The notes under the pieces: model-generated
Told to the model about the DNA's origin: nothing
Database searches by the model: none
Seen by the model: the letters and a program-made list of their open reading frames with translations, nothing else
Assembly (NCBI GenBank): GCA_934434925.1
Contig: CAKSAC010000002.1
Span: 91,432-155,431, forward strand
From: an uncultured Eubacteriales bacterium
GTDB taxonomy: Bacteria > Bacillota > Clostridia > Oscillospirales > CAG-272
Direction: 5' to 3'
DNA: 64,000 nt
Shown here: one piece after another, positions 18,415 through 29,400 of the stretch
How positions within the stretch are numbered: position 1 is the stretch's first letter
How the letters are laid out: each line of letters opens with the position of its first letter
Made by a program: the position numbers and the translations under genes

Positions 18415-20040
18415 TTATTCGGCAGGAGTAGCGGCGGTGGCGGAGAACTGGAAGACCATGTAACGATCAACCTCCGTCCGCATACGGTTGCTGGCATAGA
18501 AGACCTTGGATGCGTTCTCCTCCTCATACGCTTTCCACGCGTCAGTGATGGTATCGAGCTTGCGGGGGTCTCCATACTTATTCTCACCCGGGATAGTGCC
18601 GGTGGCTTCCTGGACCATGTCGTTGAGCTGGAGGGCAGCATAACCGAATTCGCCGACCTTCACCGTCACAACATTGCCGTCCTTGTCCTTCAGGGCCTCT
18701 TTGCAGTGATACTGTCCGTCTGCACCGAGAACGCCGTTCTCATCAACAAGAACTTCCTGCTTGTTCGGGAAGGCGTATTCGATGATATATCCGTCGGTGG
18801 TTTCGCTCCAAGCGCACTCGATATCGCTATAGAAGGCAGACTGTTGCCGGGTAACGGCAGAGATAGCCGCTCCCTTGTTGGTCGCTTTGTTGCCACGGCC
18901 TTTTGCGTCAGTCGTTACGGCTGAATAGGTCGGGTAGGTATCGCCGGTCGGGATGGGCTTATCATAACCGCCGAAGAAATAATAGAATTCGATTGCGTCG
19001 TTAATCCACGGGTTTGGCTGCGCGAGATATGCATCACTGCGGGGGAACTTGGTCTCGTCTTTCACTTTGACGCAAACATAGATATAATTGTCATCCCACA
19101 GATAATAGATCGTGGCCTCAGCGCCGAACCGTCCTGCCGTGCTGCCCGTTTGGCCGGCGTACGTAGCCAGGACGATGGTGTGTTCATCCGCTCTCTTGAC
19201 AGCCTCGGCAATCGCCTCGGGGGTGCTGTCAACCGACACGGTCTTGAAGTAGGCAGAGTTCAGATACGCGGCGTCCACCTTGCCGTCCATCTCCGGCGTA
19301 TACCTCAACACCTGGTTGGGGCACTCGATAATTTTCAGCGTGGCCTTCTGCGGAACAAGCGACTCGGGCACATAGTTACCGCCCTTGTCGGTAAAGTGAA
19401 GGGTCACTTCATATTCACCGGCGGCATTGGCTTTTGCGCCTGCATCCAGCGTAATATCAGCCGTATTGCCGTTTGCTTCTTTCACCTTGCGGATGGTGTA
19501 GGAAAACTCAAGGCCGCTGGGAACTTTGCCGTTATACGTGATGTCATAGGCGCATTCCGGATAATAATAGGCGGTTTTGTCCGTCAGCTGATAATCCCCG
19601 GCCTTCAGCGTAGCCGGAACGACCGTAAAGACCGCCGTGATAGGCTCGGGCAGGTTGTACTGCGTACCGTATTCGGGCTTTTTGAATGCGAACGTGGCCG
19701 TAACTTCATACTCGCCGACATTGACGATATCTTTCGCCTCGATCTCCACGCCGCCCTTCTTGTAGACATAGGAGACATTCAGAGCAGAGTGCGTGACCTT
19801 CATGCTGGTGGCCAGAGAACCGCCCGTGTACTTCACGCTCCGCTTGTCGGAAAAGCTGACTTTGATGTCTTTTTTGTCATTGGCTGTGGTGGTGCTGGCA
19901 TCCGGAGTGGCCGCAGTGGTCGTTGCCTCTTCTCCTTTTGTTGTCGTCGTATCGCCGCCGCCGATTTCACAAGCCGCCAGCGTCGCGACAAGCAGGACCA
20001 GCGACATAGCAAGCACAAAAATCTTTACTTTGTTCTTCAT
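18415..20040 (-). CDS. lipoprotein with repeated beta-rich N-terminal region and C-terminal CBM9-like domain
   Basis: 541 aa. Signal peptide with lipobox LAAC, then a Thr-rich linker. The C-terminal part (YLWDDNYIYVCVKVKDET) resembles CBM9. Confidence 0.75.
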   Translation of the reverse strand: MKNKVKIFVLAMSLVLLVATLAACEIGGGDTTTTKGEEATTTAATPDASTTTANDKKDIKVSFSDKRSVKYTGGSLATSMKVTHSALNVSYVYKKGGVEIEAKDIVNVGEYEVTATFAFKKPEYGTQYNLPEPITAVFTVVPATLKAGDYQLTDKTAYYYPECAYDITYNGKVPSGLEFSYTIRKVKEANGNTADITLDAGAKANAAGEYEVTLHFTDKGGNYVPESLVPQKATLKIIECPNQVLRYTPEMDGKVDAAYLNSAYFKTVSVDSTPEAIAEAVKRADEHTIVLATYAGQTGSTAGRFGAEATIYYLWDDNYIYVCVKVKDETKFPRSDAYLAQPNPWINDAIEFYYFFGGYDKPIPTGDTYPTYSAVTTDAKGRGNKATNKGAAISAVTRQQSAFYSDIECAWSETTDGYIIEYAFPNKQEVLVDENGVLGADGQYHCKEALKDKDGNVVTVKVGEFGYAALQLNDMVQEATGTIPGENKYGDPRKLDTITDAWKAYEEENASKVFYASNRMRTEVDRYMVFQFSATAATPAE

Positions 20041-20090
20041 CTTTTTCTCCTTGAAAAAAATAGTTTATCTGAGCGAACCAGATCATATGG

Positions 20091-20119
20091 ATTATAACAC
20101 ACATCGGTCTTTTTGTAAA
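20091..20119 (-). promoter_or_regulatory. sigma-A-type promoter of the CBM9 lipoprotein gene
   Basis: On the minus strand: TTTACA, 17 nt, TATAAT, with a TGt extended -10. Confidence 0.6.
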
Positions 20120-20200
20120 GGGGCGACCGGGAAAATTGTCAGAATGAACAAATCCTTCGTCCTCTTTTCGGCACTTTGGGCAATCCTCTTGAAAAACCGA

Positions 20201-20230
20201 GGAAAAAACGGGAAAATCCGGCGTTTCCCG
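20201..20230 (-). terminator. intrinsic terminator after tcdA and its 17-bp repeat array
   Basis: On the minus strand: CGGGAAA, 8 nt, TTTCCCG, followed by TTTTTTCC. Confidence 0.6.
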
Positions 20231-20250
20231 GACCGTACTCCCGCATGCGT

Positions 20251-20369
20251 CAGCAACCGACGGAACCTGTCAACCGACGGGTTCTGTCAACCGACGGGTT
20301 CTGTCAACCGACGGGTTCTGTCAACCGACGGATTCTGTCAACCGACGGATTCTGTCAACCGACGGACTG
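20251..20369. repeat. tandem repeat, 17-bp unit x 7
   Basis: TGTCAACCGACGG(G/A)TTC starts at 20268, 20285, 20302, 20319, 20336 and 20353, with a degenerate unit at 20251. The tcdA stop (20338-20340) lies inside a unit. Confidence 0.95.
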
Positions 20370-21093
20370 TCTCGGCCGCCAGAAGAAGCCCCGCCGCCGC
20401 CGGAACATAAGAGACCGAACCGAGCCGCACGCCGTCAAGCAGGCTCTTGCGGGGCGTTTCATCACTCACAAGGACCGGCAGATGTGTAATCCCCGCGCGC
20501 CGCAAAGACTGCCGCATGGCGCGCGCCAAAGGACAGCCGCTCGTTTCGGACAGGTCGGTAATCCGGAAGGCGGAGGGATCCAGGCGGTTGGCGGTGCCGA
20601 GGGAGCAGAGTTCGGGGGTCCCCTGCTCTGCCGCCGCCACAGCCAGCGCGACCTTGGCGCGCACATCATCAATCGCGTCAATAAGAATGTCGGGGTGCGC
20701 GGAAGAAAGAATTTCTCCGGCGTTTTCCGTCGTCAGGCGGCAATCAAAGCAAGAAACGCGCGTTTTCGGAAAGAGCGACGCGACCCGTGCGGCGGCCGCC
20801 TCTGTTTTCTTCATGCCGATATTCGCGCGCGTCGCAAGAATCTGGCGGTTCAGATTGGTGAGCGATATCGTGTCAAAATCCACAAGCGTGAAACGGCCGA
20901 TCCCCACGCGGCAAAGCGCTTCCAGCACATATCCGCCGACCCCGCCGAGGCCGACCAGCATTACATGCGCCGCCGCAAGACGCGCCGTCGCCTCCCGGCC
21001 GAGAAGCGCTTCCGTGCGCGTTGTCGCGGTTTCCTCCGGAAAGGGGTCGCCCGCGGGATGTACGTTATCTTTTATTTTCGGAGCTTTTTCCAT
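20338..21093 (-). CDS. tcdA: tRNA threonylcarbamoyladenosine dehydratase (ThiF/E1-like)
   Basis: ORF trimmed to ATG 21093 (AAGGAAA RBS), 251 aa. Motif LVGLGGVGGYVLEALCRVGIGRFTLVDFDTISLTNLNRQ. Confidence 0.8.
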   Translation of the reverse strand: MEKAPKIKDNVHPAGDPFPEETATTRTEALLGREATARLAAAHVMLVGLGGVGGYVLEALCRVGIGRFTLVDFDTISLTNLNRQILATRANIGMKKTEAAAARVASLFPKTRVSCFDCRLTTENAGEILSSAHPDILIDAIDDVRAKVALAVAAAEQGTPELCSLGTANRLDPSAFRITDLSETSGCPLARAMRQSLRRAGITHLPVLVSDETPRKSLLDGVRLGSVSYVPAAAGLLLAAETVRRLTESVG

Positions 21094-21103
21094 GGTGTTT
21101 TCC

Positions 21104-21769
21104 TTATACAAACGCGGCGCGCAGGACAAAAAACAGCACAACGCACGCACAGGCAAAAGCGCCGACCGCGACGAAAAATACCGCCGCACTCCGGCCGGAC
21201 AACCGCCAATCGGGAATACCGGGCAAAAGTTTTGCGCGGCGCAGAAGATTGGTGACGGGTTTATAGAGGATCATGACCAGCGCGGCGTTCAAGACCGATT
21301 TTGTCAGATTGAACGGAAGCAAAAGCGGCAGGATCATATCCGCGACCGCCGAAACGGAAAGGCCGGTATAAAAAGGCGTGATCAGAAGGTTGGCCGCCAT
21401 CATGACCGCCACTTGTGAAAAAACGCCGAGAGAAAGCGCAAGCAAAGCCCCCTCAAGCCGCCGGTTCACCCGGTAACAAGCGCCGGTAACAAGCGAAAAA
21501 GAAAGGCTGGAGAGAATATTCATCACAAGGCCGTAAAAGCCCGTAGTGCTGACGGTCGCCATTTCAAGAAGCGGTACAGCCAGCGAAAGCGGGATTGCCG
21601 CGCCGGGCCCGAGCAAAAGGGCGGCAATGGCAATGACGGTATCTTTTATATCGAAGGTCAGGAACTGTACCCGCGGAGACGGCAACAGAACCGTCAGAAA
21701 CGCGACGGCGCAGAAGACGGCGGTATATGCCGTGCGCCGACCGGGGGAAAGGTGATTCGGATATATCAT
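21104..21769 (-). CDS. ECF-transporter S (substrate-binding) component
   Basis: 221 aa with about 6 TM segments. The pattern is typical of ECF S components (LPFNLTKSVLNAALVMILY). Substrate is not inferable. Confidence 0.65.
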   Translation of the reverse strand: MIYPNHLSPGRRTAYTAVFCAVAFLTVLLPSPRVQFLTFDIKDTVIAIAALLLGPGAAIPLSLAVPLLEMATVSTTGFYGLVMNILSSLSFSLVTGACYRVNRRLEGALLALSLGVFSQVAVMMAANLLITPFYTGLSVSAVADMILPLLLPFNLTKSVLNAALVMILYKPVTNLLRRAKLLPGIPDWRLSGRSAAVFFVAVGAFACACVVLFFVLRAAFV

Positions 21770-21793
21770 AGTACCTCCGGAAACGTCGGAAAC

Positions 21794-21837
21794 GAAAAAA
21801 ACAAGGAACGGGTACGCGCCGTGGCGTGTACCCGTTC
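21794..21837 (-). terminator. intrinsic terminator after tuf
   Basis: On the minus strand: a 13-bp stem GAACGGGTACACG / CGCGTACCCGTTC with one mismatch, followed by CTTGTTTTTTT. Confidence 0.8.
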
Positions 21838-21850
21838 AAAACTCATAAAA

Positions 21851-23056
21851 TCAGGCGATGATTTCGGAAACAACGCCGGAACCAACAGTTCTGCCGCCTT
21901 CACGGATAGCGAAACGGAGACCCTTTTCGATAGCGATCGGGGTGATCAGTTCCACGGTCATGTTGACGTTGTCGCCGGGGCGGCACATGTCAACGTCTGC
22001 CGGAAGGGTGATGACACCGGTAACGTCAGTGGTGCGGAAGTAGAACTGCGGACGGTAACCGGAGAAGAAGGGCTTTTGACGGCCGCCTTCCTTTTCGGTC
22101 AACACGTACACCTGTCCGACAAACTTGGTGTGCGGATGAACGGTGCCGGGTTTGCAGAGAACCTGACCGCGCTCGATCTCGTTCTTCTGAATACCGCGGA
22201 GCAGAAGACCGACGTTGTCGCCGGCTTCGGCATCATCCATGAGTTTGTGGAACATTTCGATACCGGTAACGACCGTCTGACGGCGCTCTTCGGTAAGACC
22301 GATGATTTCAACGGTATCGTTCATCTTGATAACGCCGCGCTCGACACGACCGGTGGCAACAGTGCCGCGGCCGGAAATCGAGAAGACATCCTCAACAGGC
22401 ATAAGGAAGGGGAGATCGGCGTTTCTGGCAGGCGTGGGGATATAGGAATCGACAGCGTCCATCAGTTCCCAGATGCACTTGTATTCTTCCGCCTCGGGGT
22501 CCTTGCTGGAGGATTCCAGCGCAACACGGGCAGAACCGCGGATGATCGGAATGTCATCGCCCGGGAAATCATACTCGGAAAGGAGGTCGCGGACTTCCAT
22601 CTCAACGAGATCGAGCAGTTCCGCGTCGTCAACGATATCGCACTTGTTCAGGAACACGACGATAGCGGGAACGCCGACCTGACGGGCGAGAAGAACGTGC
22701 TCACGGGTCTGCTGGAGCGGGCCGTCGGTACCGGCAACGACCAGGATCGCGCCGTCCATCTGAGCGGCACCGGTAATCATGTTTTTCACGTAGTCGGCGT
22801 GGCCGGGGCAGTCAACGTGCGCATAGTGGCGCTTGTCGGTTTCATATTCAACGTGACGGGTGTTGATCGTGATCCCTCTTGCCTTTTCTTCGGGAGCGTT
22901 ATCGATCTGATCATAGGCCAGGAATTCGACCGAGCCGTGCTTCAGAGCAAGGGTCTTGGTGATTGCGGCGGTAAGAGTGGTTTTGCCGTGGTCAACGTGG
23001 CCGATGGTACCAATGTTGACATGGGGTTTGTTTCTTTCAAATTTCTGCTTTGCCAT
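21851..23056 (-). CDS. tuf: elongation factor Tu
   Basis: 401 aa with [17 protein letters not shown] and NKCD motifs. AGGAGG RBS. A terminator follows. Confidence 0.98.
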   Translation of the reverse strand: MAKQKFERNKPHVNIGTIGHVDHGKTTLTAAITKTLALKHGSVEFLAYDQIDNAPEEKARGITINTRHVEYETDKRHYAHVDCPGHADYVKNMITGAAQMDGAILVVAGTDGPLQQTREHVLLARQVGVPAIVVFLNKCDIVDDAELLDLVEMEVRDLLSEYDFPGDDIPIIRGSARVALESSSKDPEAEEYKCIWELMDAVDSYIPTPARNADLPFLMPVEDVFSISGRGTVATGRVERGVIKMNDTVEIIGLTEERRQTVVTGIEMFHKLMDDAEAGDNVGLLLRGIQKNEIERGQVLCKPGTVHPHTKFVGQVYVLTEKEGGRQKPFFSGYRPQFYFRTTDVTGVITLPADVDMCRPGDNVNMTVELITPIAIEKGLRFAIREGGRTVGSGVVSEIIA

Positions 23057-23096
23057 TTTGGTTTCCTCCTAAACCGTATTTTTAATTTTTTATTGT

Positions 23097-25184
23097 TCAG
23101 TGCGCCGCGGCGGCCCCGCGGGCTTTAACGATCTCGTCCTGGATGGACTTCGGTACTTCCGCAAAGTGGCTTGGCTCCATAACATAGGTGCCGCGCCCCT
23201 GGGTGCGGGAACGGAGCGTCGTCGCATATCCGAACATTTCGGAAAGCGGCACATCGGCTTTGACCTGCTGTCCGCCCGATACAGGTTCCATGCTGTTGAT
23301 CTGTCCGCGGCGGGAGTTGAGGTCCCCGATAACATCGCCGAGATAATCGTCCGGGGTGGTGACTGTGACTTTCATGATCGGTTCCGTCAACACGGGGTTG
23401 GCTTTCGCCATCGCTTCTTTGAATGCCATGGAACCGGCAATCTTGAAGGCCATTTCCGAAGAGTCAACTTCATGGTAAGAACCGTCATACAGGTGAACTT
23501 TGATATCCACGACGTTGTAGCCGGCAACGACACCGGACTGCATCGCGCCCTGAATACCGGCATCAACCGCAGGAATGAATTCCTTCGGAATGACACCGCC
23601 GACGATCTCGTTGAGGAATTCATATCCCTTGCCGGGTTCGTTCGGTTCAATGCGGATTTTGACGTGACCGTACTGCCCTTTACCGCCGCTCTGACGGGCG
23701 TACTTGGTCTCCTGCTCCGCCATTTTGCGGATGGTTTCCTTATACGCGACCTGCGGCTGACCGATATTGGCTTCAACCTTGAATTCGCGCAGGAGGCGGT
23801 CCACGATGATTTCCAGGTGGAGTTCGCCCATGCCGGCGATGATCGTCTGGCCGGTCTCGTCATCCGTATAGGCACGGAAGGTCGGGTCTTCTTCGGCCAG
23901 TTTGGCAAGGGCAATGCCCATCTTCTCCTGGCCTGCTTTGGTCTTGGGTTCAATGGCGACGCGGATAACAGGTTCCGGGAACACCATGGATTCAAGGATG
24001 ATCGGGTGTTTCTCGTCACAGAAGGTGTCGCCGGTCGTGGTGTACTTCACCCCGACAACAGCCGCGATATCCCCGGCGTACACCGTTTCAATATCGGTAC
24101 GGTCATTGGCATGCATCTGCAGAATACGGCCGAACCGCTCTTCCTTGTCCTTTGTGGAGTTGTATACGGCAACGCCCTTGGAGACCGAACCGGAGTATAC
24201 GCGGAAGAAACAGAGTTTTCCGACAAACGGGTCGGTCATGATCTTGAACGCAAGCGCGGAGAAGGGTTCCTCGTCCGACGGATGGCGGAAATCCTCTTCC
24301 TCGGTCTTGGGGTTGATGCCGCGGATGGCGGGAATATCGGTCGGAGCCGGCATATAGTCAACGACGGCGTCGAGCAGTTTCTGCACGCCCTTGTTGCGAT
24401 AGGAAGTACCGCAGCAGACCGGAACCAACTCGTTGGAGATGGTGGCGGCGCGCAAAGCGGCTTTCAGCTCGGGAACCGTAATCTCGTCTCCGTTGCAGAA
24501 CTTTTCAAAAAGTTCTTCATTGGTTTCGGCGATTGCCTCCACCATGTTGTTGCGATACTCTTCGGCAAGTTCACGCAGGTCTTCCGGAATGGCCTCCACG
24601 CGCACATCCTTGCCCATGTCATCATAATAGATGTCGGCCTCCATGTTCATCAGGTCGATGATCCCGCGGAAACTCTGTTCGCGTCCGACCGGCAGTTCAA
24701 TCGGAACGGGATGAGCATGCAGGCGATCCTTCATCATCTGGACGACGCGGAAGAAATCCGCACCGGTAATATCCATTTTGTTGACGTACGCCATGCGGGG
24801 CACTTTGTATTCATCAGCCTGACGCCATACGGTCTCGGACTGCGGTTCAACGCCGCCTTTTGCACAGAAGACCGTCACCGCGCCGTCCAGAACACGCAGA
24901 GAGCGTTCAACCTCTACGGTAAAGTCAACGTGGCCGGGAGTGTCGATGATGTTGATACGGTTGCCCTTCCAATAGCATGTGGTGGCGGCGGAAGTGATGG
25001 TGATACCTCTCTCCTGCTCCTGCGCCATCCAGTCCATCGTGGCGGCACCGTCATGCACCTCTCCGAGGCGATGGGTTTTTCCGGTATAAAACAGAATTCT
25101 CTCGGTCGTCGTGGTCTTTCCGGCGTCAATATGCGCCATGATCCCGATGTTACGAGTATTTTCAAGGGAATACTCTCTTGGCAT
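23097..25184 (-). CDS. fusA: elongation factor G
   Basis: 695 aa with AHIDAGKTT and DTPGHVDF motifs. Position between rpsG and tuf. Confidence 0.98.
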   Translation of the reverse strand: MPREYSLENTRNIGIMAHIDAGKTTTTERILFYTGKTHRLGEVHDGAATMDWMAQEQERGITITSAATTCYWKGNRINIIDTPGHVDFTVEVERSLRVLDGAVTVFCAKGGVEPQSETVWRQADEYKVPRMAYVNKMDITGADFFRVVQMMKDRLHAHPVPIELPVGREQSFRGIIDLMNMEADIYYDDMGKDVRVEAIPEDLRELAEEYRNNMVEAIAETNEELFEKFCNGDEITVPELKAALRAATISNELVPVCCGTSYRNKGVQKLLDAVVDYMPAPTDIPAIRGINPKTEEEDFRHPSDEEPFSALAFKIMTDPFVGKLCFFRVYSGSVSKGVAVYNSTKDKEERFGRILQMHANDRTDIETVYAGDIAAVVGVKYTTTGDTFCDEKHPIILESMVFPEPVIRVAIEPKTKAGQEKMGIALAKLAEEDPTFRAYTDDETGQTIIAGMGELHLEIIVDRLLREFKVEANIGQPQVAYKETIRKMAEQETKYARQSGGKGQYGHVKIRIEPNEPGKGYEFLNEIVGGVIPKEFIPAVDAGIQGAMQSGVVAGYNVVDIKVHLYDGSYHEVDSSEMAFKIAGSMAFKEAMAKANPVLTEPIMKVTVTTPDDYLGDVIGDLNSRRGQINSMEPVSGGQQVKADVPLSEMFGYATTLRSRTQGRGTYVMEPSHFAEVPKSIQDEIVKARGAAAAH

Positions 25185-25212
25185 TTTCTTTCTCCTTAAT
25201 TCTGTCTATACA

Positions 25213-25683
25213 TCAATATCTGTAATGTGCGAAAGCCTTGTTTGCTTCGGCCATACGGTGGGTTTCTTCTTTCTTTTTGAAAGCTCCGCCCGCTCCGGCT
25301 TTGGCATCCAGGATCTCGGCAGCAAGTCTTTCGGCCATGGTGCGCTCACCGCGCGTTCTTGCGAACTGGATGAGCCAACGCAAGCCGAGGGTCTGGCGGC
25401 GTTCCGCCCGAACCTCCATCGGAACCTGGTAGTTGGAACCGCCTACGCGGCGCGCCTTAACCTCCAGGACCGGCATAACGTTTTCAAGAGCTTTGGTGAA
25501 GACATCCAGCGCATTTTCGCCGCTTTTTGCTTCCACAGCGGAAAACGCGTCGTACACGATCTTCTGGGCAACGCCCTTTTTGCCGTCCAGCATAACCGTG
25601 TTGACCAGTCTGGTGACCAACTGCGAGTTATATACGGGATCCGGCAGAACTTCTCTCTTGGAAATCTGACCTCTTCTCGGCAC
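25213..25683 (-). CDS. rpsG: 30S ribosomal protein S7
   Basis: ORF trimmed to GTG 25683 (translating [12 protein letters not shown]), 7 nt after an AAGGAGG RBS. 156 aa. Confidence 0.93.
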   Translation of the reverse strand: MPRRGQISKREVLPDPVYNSQLVTRLVNTVMLDGKKGVAQKIVYDAFSAVEAKSGENALDVFTKALENVMPVLEVKARRVGGSNYQVPMEVRAERRQTLGLRWLIQFARTRGERTMAERLAAEILDAKAGAGGAFKKKEETHRMAEANKAFAHYRY

Positions 25684-25852
25684 TGTACTTCCCTCCTTCA
25701 TAAAATAGTGATGAACTCATCGGTACTCGAAAGTTACCTTTCGTTAGTGCGCGTCAGGTGCTTGGAAAATGTTGTATAAGCGAATTATAAACAAAATCAC
25801 AGCTTGCTATGACGGCACAACGCCTGCCCTCATGCAAAGATGAGTGGCCAGC

Positions 25853-26266
25853 TTACTTCTTCGGGCGCTTTGCGCCGTACTTGGAACGTCCCTGGTTCCG
25901 GTTTGCAACGCCCTGTGCATCCAGCGTACCGCGGATAATGTGGTACCGCACACCAGGCAGGTCACGGACACGGCCGCCTCTGATAAGGACAACCGAGTGC
26001 TCCTGCAGGTTATGCCCGATGCCCGGGATGTAGGTGGTGGCTTCCATGCCGTTGGTCAGACGGACTCTCGCAATCTTACGCAGAGCGGAGTTCGGCTTCT
26101 TGGGGCTGGTCGTCGTCACCTTGGTGCAAACGCCGCGCTTTTGAGGGGAGCTGAGATCGGTGGGCTTATTGGTGATGCTGTTGAAACCATGCTGCAACAC
26201 CGGGGCCTTGGACTTGTACTCCGCCTTGGTACGGCCGTTCTTAATGAGCTGGTTAAAGGTTGGCAT
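25853..26266 (-). CDS. rpsL: 30S ribosomal protein S12
   Basis: ORF trimmed to ATG 26266 (MPTFNQLIK), 137 aa. Motif [21 protein letters not shown]. Confidence 0.96.
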   Translation of the reverse strand: MPTFNQLIKNGRTKAEYKSKAPVLQHGFNSITNKPTDLSSPQKRGVCTKVTTTSPKKPNSALRKIARVRLTNGMEATTYIPGIGHNLQEHSVVLIRGGRVRDLPGVRYHIIRGTLDAQGVANRNQGRSKYGAKRPKK

Positions 26267-26382
26267 AATCTTCCTCCTTCCTGTGATTTTGTTTATTATA
26301 TCGGTACTTTTCAGTACGGTATAAACGTAAAAATTCTTTCCCGTGGCCAACAAATTACAGTATGTCCATAGAAAGACAGTTT

Positions 26383-26411
26383 ATTTTACCACAGTCTTTT
26401 ACAATTGTCAA
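26383..26411 (-). promoter_or_regulatory. sigma-A-type promoter of rpsL-rpsG-fusA-tuf
   Basis: On the minus strand: TTGACA, 17 nt, TAAAAT, with a TGg extended -10. It lies just downstream of the rpoC terminator. Confidence 0.65.
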
Positions 26412-26442
26412 GGATTTAGGGAATTTTTTTGAATTATTTCGC

Positions 26443-26483
26443 GGAAATAAAAGCCGCGCTCTCTTTTTGCCGGAGAGCGCGGT
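26443..26483 (-). terminator. intrinsic terminator after rpoC
   Basis: On the minus strand: CCGCGCTCTC, loop, GAGAGCGCGG, followed by CTTTTATTT. Confidence 0.75.
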
Positions 26484-26490
26484 CAGAAAA

Positions 26491-29400
26491 TCAGAAATTG
26501 CCGTTTGCGCGGAGGCCGGCCATGTTATTGTACCGGAATCCTTCGGGCATTTTTTCCTCGATCTCGATATCATGGTAGATATCCAAACCGGTCCCGGCGG
26601 GGATCAGTTTGCCGATGATGACGTTTTCTTTCAGGCCGAGGAGGTGATCGACCTTGCCGCGGATAGCGGCGGAGGTCAGGACGCGGGTCGTCTCCTGGAA
26701 AGACGCGGCGGAAAGGAACGACTCCGTGCGCAGGGATGCTTTGGTGATACCAAGCAGTTCGGGGCGGCTTTCGGCCAGGCGCAGATCGCGCTCGCCGGCA
26801 TCGATCCTTGCTTGCACGGCCTCATTTTCCGCTTGCAGTTCCATCACATCAACCACAGCGCCGTCCAGCAGTTCGGTATCGCCGCGATCCACGATCCGCA
26901 CTTTTCTCGTCATCTGACGTGCGATGACCTCTATATGCTTGTCGTTGATCTCAACATCCTCGCCGCGATACACTTTCTGCACTTCGCGGATGATATAATC
27001 GTATGCGGCCTGCAATCCGTTGTTTTCCAGAATATCGACGGGATACAAAGCGCCTTCCGTCATGGCCTGCCCACGGCGCACGGGAGCGCCTTCTTCCACA
27101 ATCAGACGCATGCCGAACGGAACGTCATAGACCTTCTGCTGCGCTTCGGGAACGCCGGGCACATCCACACGGATCTTATGGATTTTTTTGTCCACCGTGA
27201 TGTGCGCGGTTCCGTCGGTCTCCGCGATGATGGCGGTCTTCTTCGGGCGGCGGGCTTCAAAAAGCTCTTCCACGCGGGGCAGACCCTGTGTGATATCGGA
27301 ACCGGCAACGCCTCCCGTGTGGAAAGTACGCATGGTAAGCTGCGTACCGGGTTCACCGATTGACTGAGCGGCGATAACGCCGACCGCTTCCCCGATGCTG
27401 ACGGGCTTACCGGAGGCAAGGTCGGCCCCGTAGCAATGAGCGCAGACCCCACGGCGCGCACGGCACCGGAGAATCGAACGGACTTCAACATCATGGACGC
27501 CGACGCGTTCGATTTCTTTTGCCATCGGCTCCGTGATGAGTTCGTTTGCGTCAACAATGACGGCCCCGTTCTGCGGGTTGAGGATCGGGTTGATGGTATA
27601 CCGTCCGCTGAGACGTTCGGACAGGGATTCCAGCGGCTTGCCGTTTTCGGTAATAGCGCTGACCACGATCCCTTCGCGTGCGCCGCAGTCCTCTTCCCGG
27701 ATGATGACTTCCTGCGATACATCGACAAGACGACGGGTAAGATACCCGGAGTCCGCGGTACGGAGAGCCGTATCGGACAGGGATTTACGGGAACCCTTGG
27801 CTCCCATGAAGTATTCAAGCATCGTCAGCCCTTCGCGGAAGTTCGACTTGATCGGGATTTCGATTGTCTTCCCGTCCGTGGCAAACATCAGACCGCGCAT
27901 ACCGGCAAGCTGACGGAGCTGTTTGATGGAACCGCGGGCCCCGGATGTCGCGATAATATTGATGGAGTTGTATTTGTCAATCCCATCCGTCAGGCACTTG
28001 GTGACCTTGTCGGTCGTTTCGGACCAAACGGCAACGGTATTCTTGTACCGTTCCTCTTCGGAAAGCTCGCCGTCTTCAAAGCGTTCGTGGATATCGGCCA
28101 CCCGGCGTTCGGCCGCGGCGATAAGGTCATGCTTTTCACGCGGGATGGTCATGTCGTACACCGAAATCGAAATGGAGCTTTTGGTGGAATATTTATACCC
28201 CATGGCTTTGATGTCGTCCAGCACAACGGCCGCGGCGGCAAAGTCATGCAATTTGATGGTGCGGTCAACAATCTTTTTCAGTTCGGAAGCGGTCGTCACG
28301 AAATCGATTTCCAGATCGCAGATATGCTCGGGGTCATTTCTGTCCACATAGCCGAGGTCCTGCGGAATCTTGCTGTTGAAAATCAGGCGGCCGAGCGTGG
28401 TGTCGATGATCCGGGCATATTTCACCCCGTCCACTTCGCGCTCCACCCGCACACGGATTGGCGCATGCAGACCGATGATATGGTTTTCGTATGCCATCAC
28501 GGCCTCGTCATAATTCCGGAAAGTCATGCCGGCGCCGGGTTCGTCCTCGCGCACCATGGTGAGGTAATAGGAACCGAGGACCATATCCTGCGAAGGCGTG
28601 GTGACCGCCTTTCCGTTCATCGGTTTTAAGAGGTTGTTGGCGGAGAGCATCAGGAAGCGGGCTTCGGCCTGCGCTTCGGCAGACAGAGGCACATGGACCG
28701 GCATCTGGTCGCCGTCAAAGTCCGCGTTGAAAGCGGTACAGACGAGCGGGTGCAGTTTGATGGCGCGCCCTTCCACCAGAACCGGCTCGAACGCCTGAAT
28801 GGAAAGACGGTGCAACGTCGGAGCGCGGTTGAGAAGCACCGGATGTTCTTTAATGACATATTCCAGCGCATCCCACACCTCGGGGCAAACGCGCTCGACC
28901 TTTTTCTTGGCATCCTTGATGCTGTTGGCCTTCTGCGTCTCGATCAGCCGTTTCATCACGAAAGGCTTGAAGAGTTCCAGCGCCATTTCCTTCGGCAGGC
29001 CGCACTGGAAGATTTTCAGATCCGGCCCGACAACGATAACCGAACGGCCGGAATAGTCTACACGCTTGCCGAGCAGGTTCTGACGGAACCGCCCCTGCTT
29101 TCCGCGCAGCATTTCCGAGAGCGATTTCAGGCTCCGGTTGGATGCGCCGGTCACGGCTTTTCCGCGGCGGCCGTTATCAATCAGCGCGTCCACAAATTCC
29201 TGGAGCATGCGCTTTTCGTTCCGGATGATAATATCCGGGGCTTCCATCTCAATCATCTTTTTGAGACGGTTGTTCCGGTTGATGACGCGGCGGTAAAGTT
29301 CGTTCAGGTCGCTGGTGGCAAAGCGGCCGCCGTCCAGCTGAACCATCGGGCGGATATCTGCCGGAATGACCGGAAGGCATTCAAGGATCATCCATTCGGG

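Noticed and set aside
20251-20369. Possible CRISPR array, given the regularly spaced repeats here and at 38247-38340, 49817-49884 and 29-150.
   Set aside because: The repeats are head-to-tail with no unique spacers, and the units are only 13-36 bp. No cas genes or leader are present. These are simple tandem repeats.
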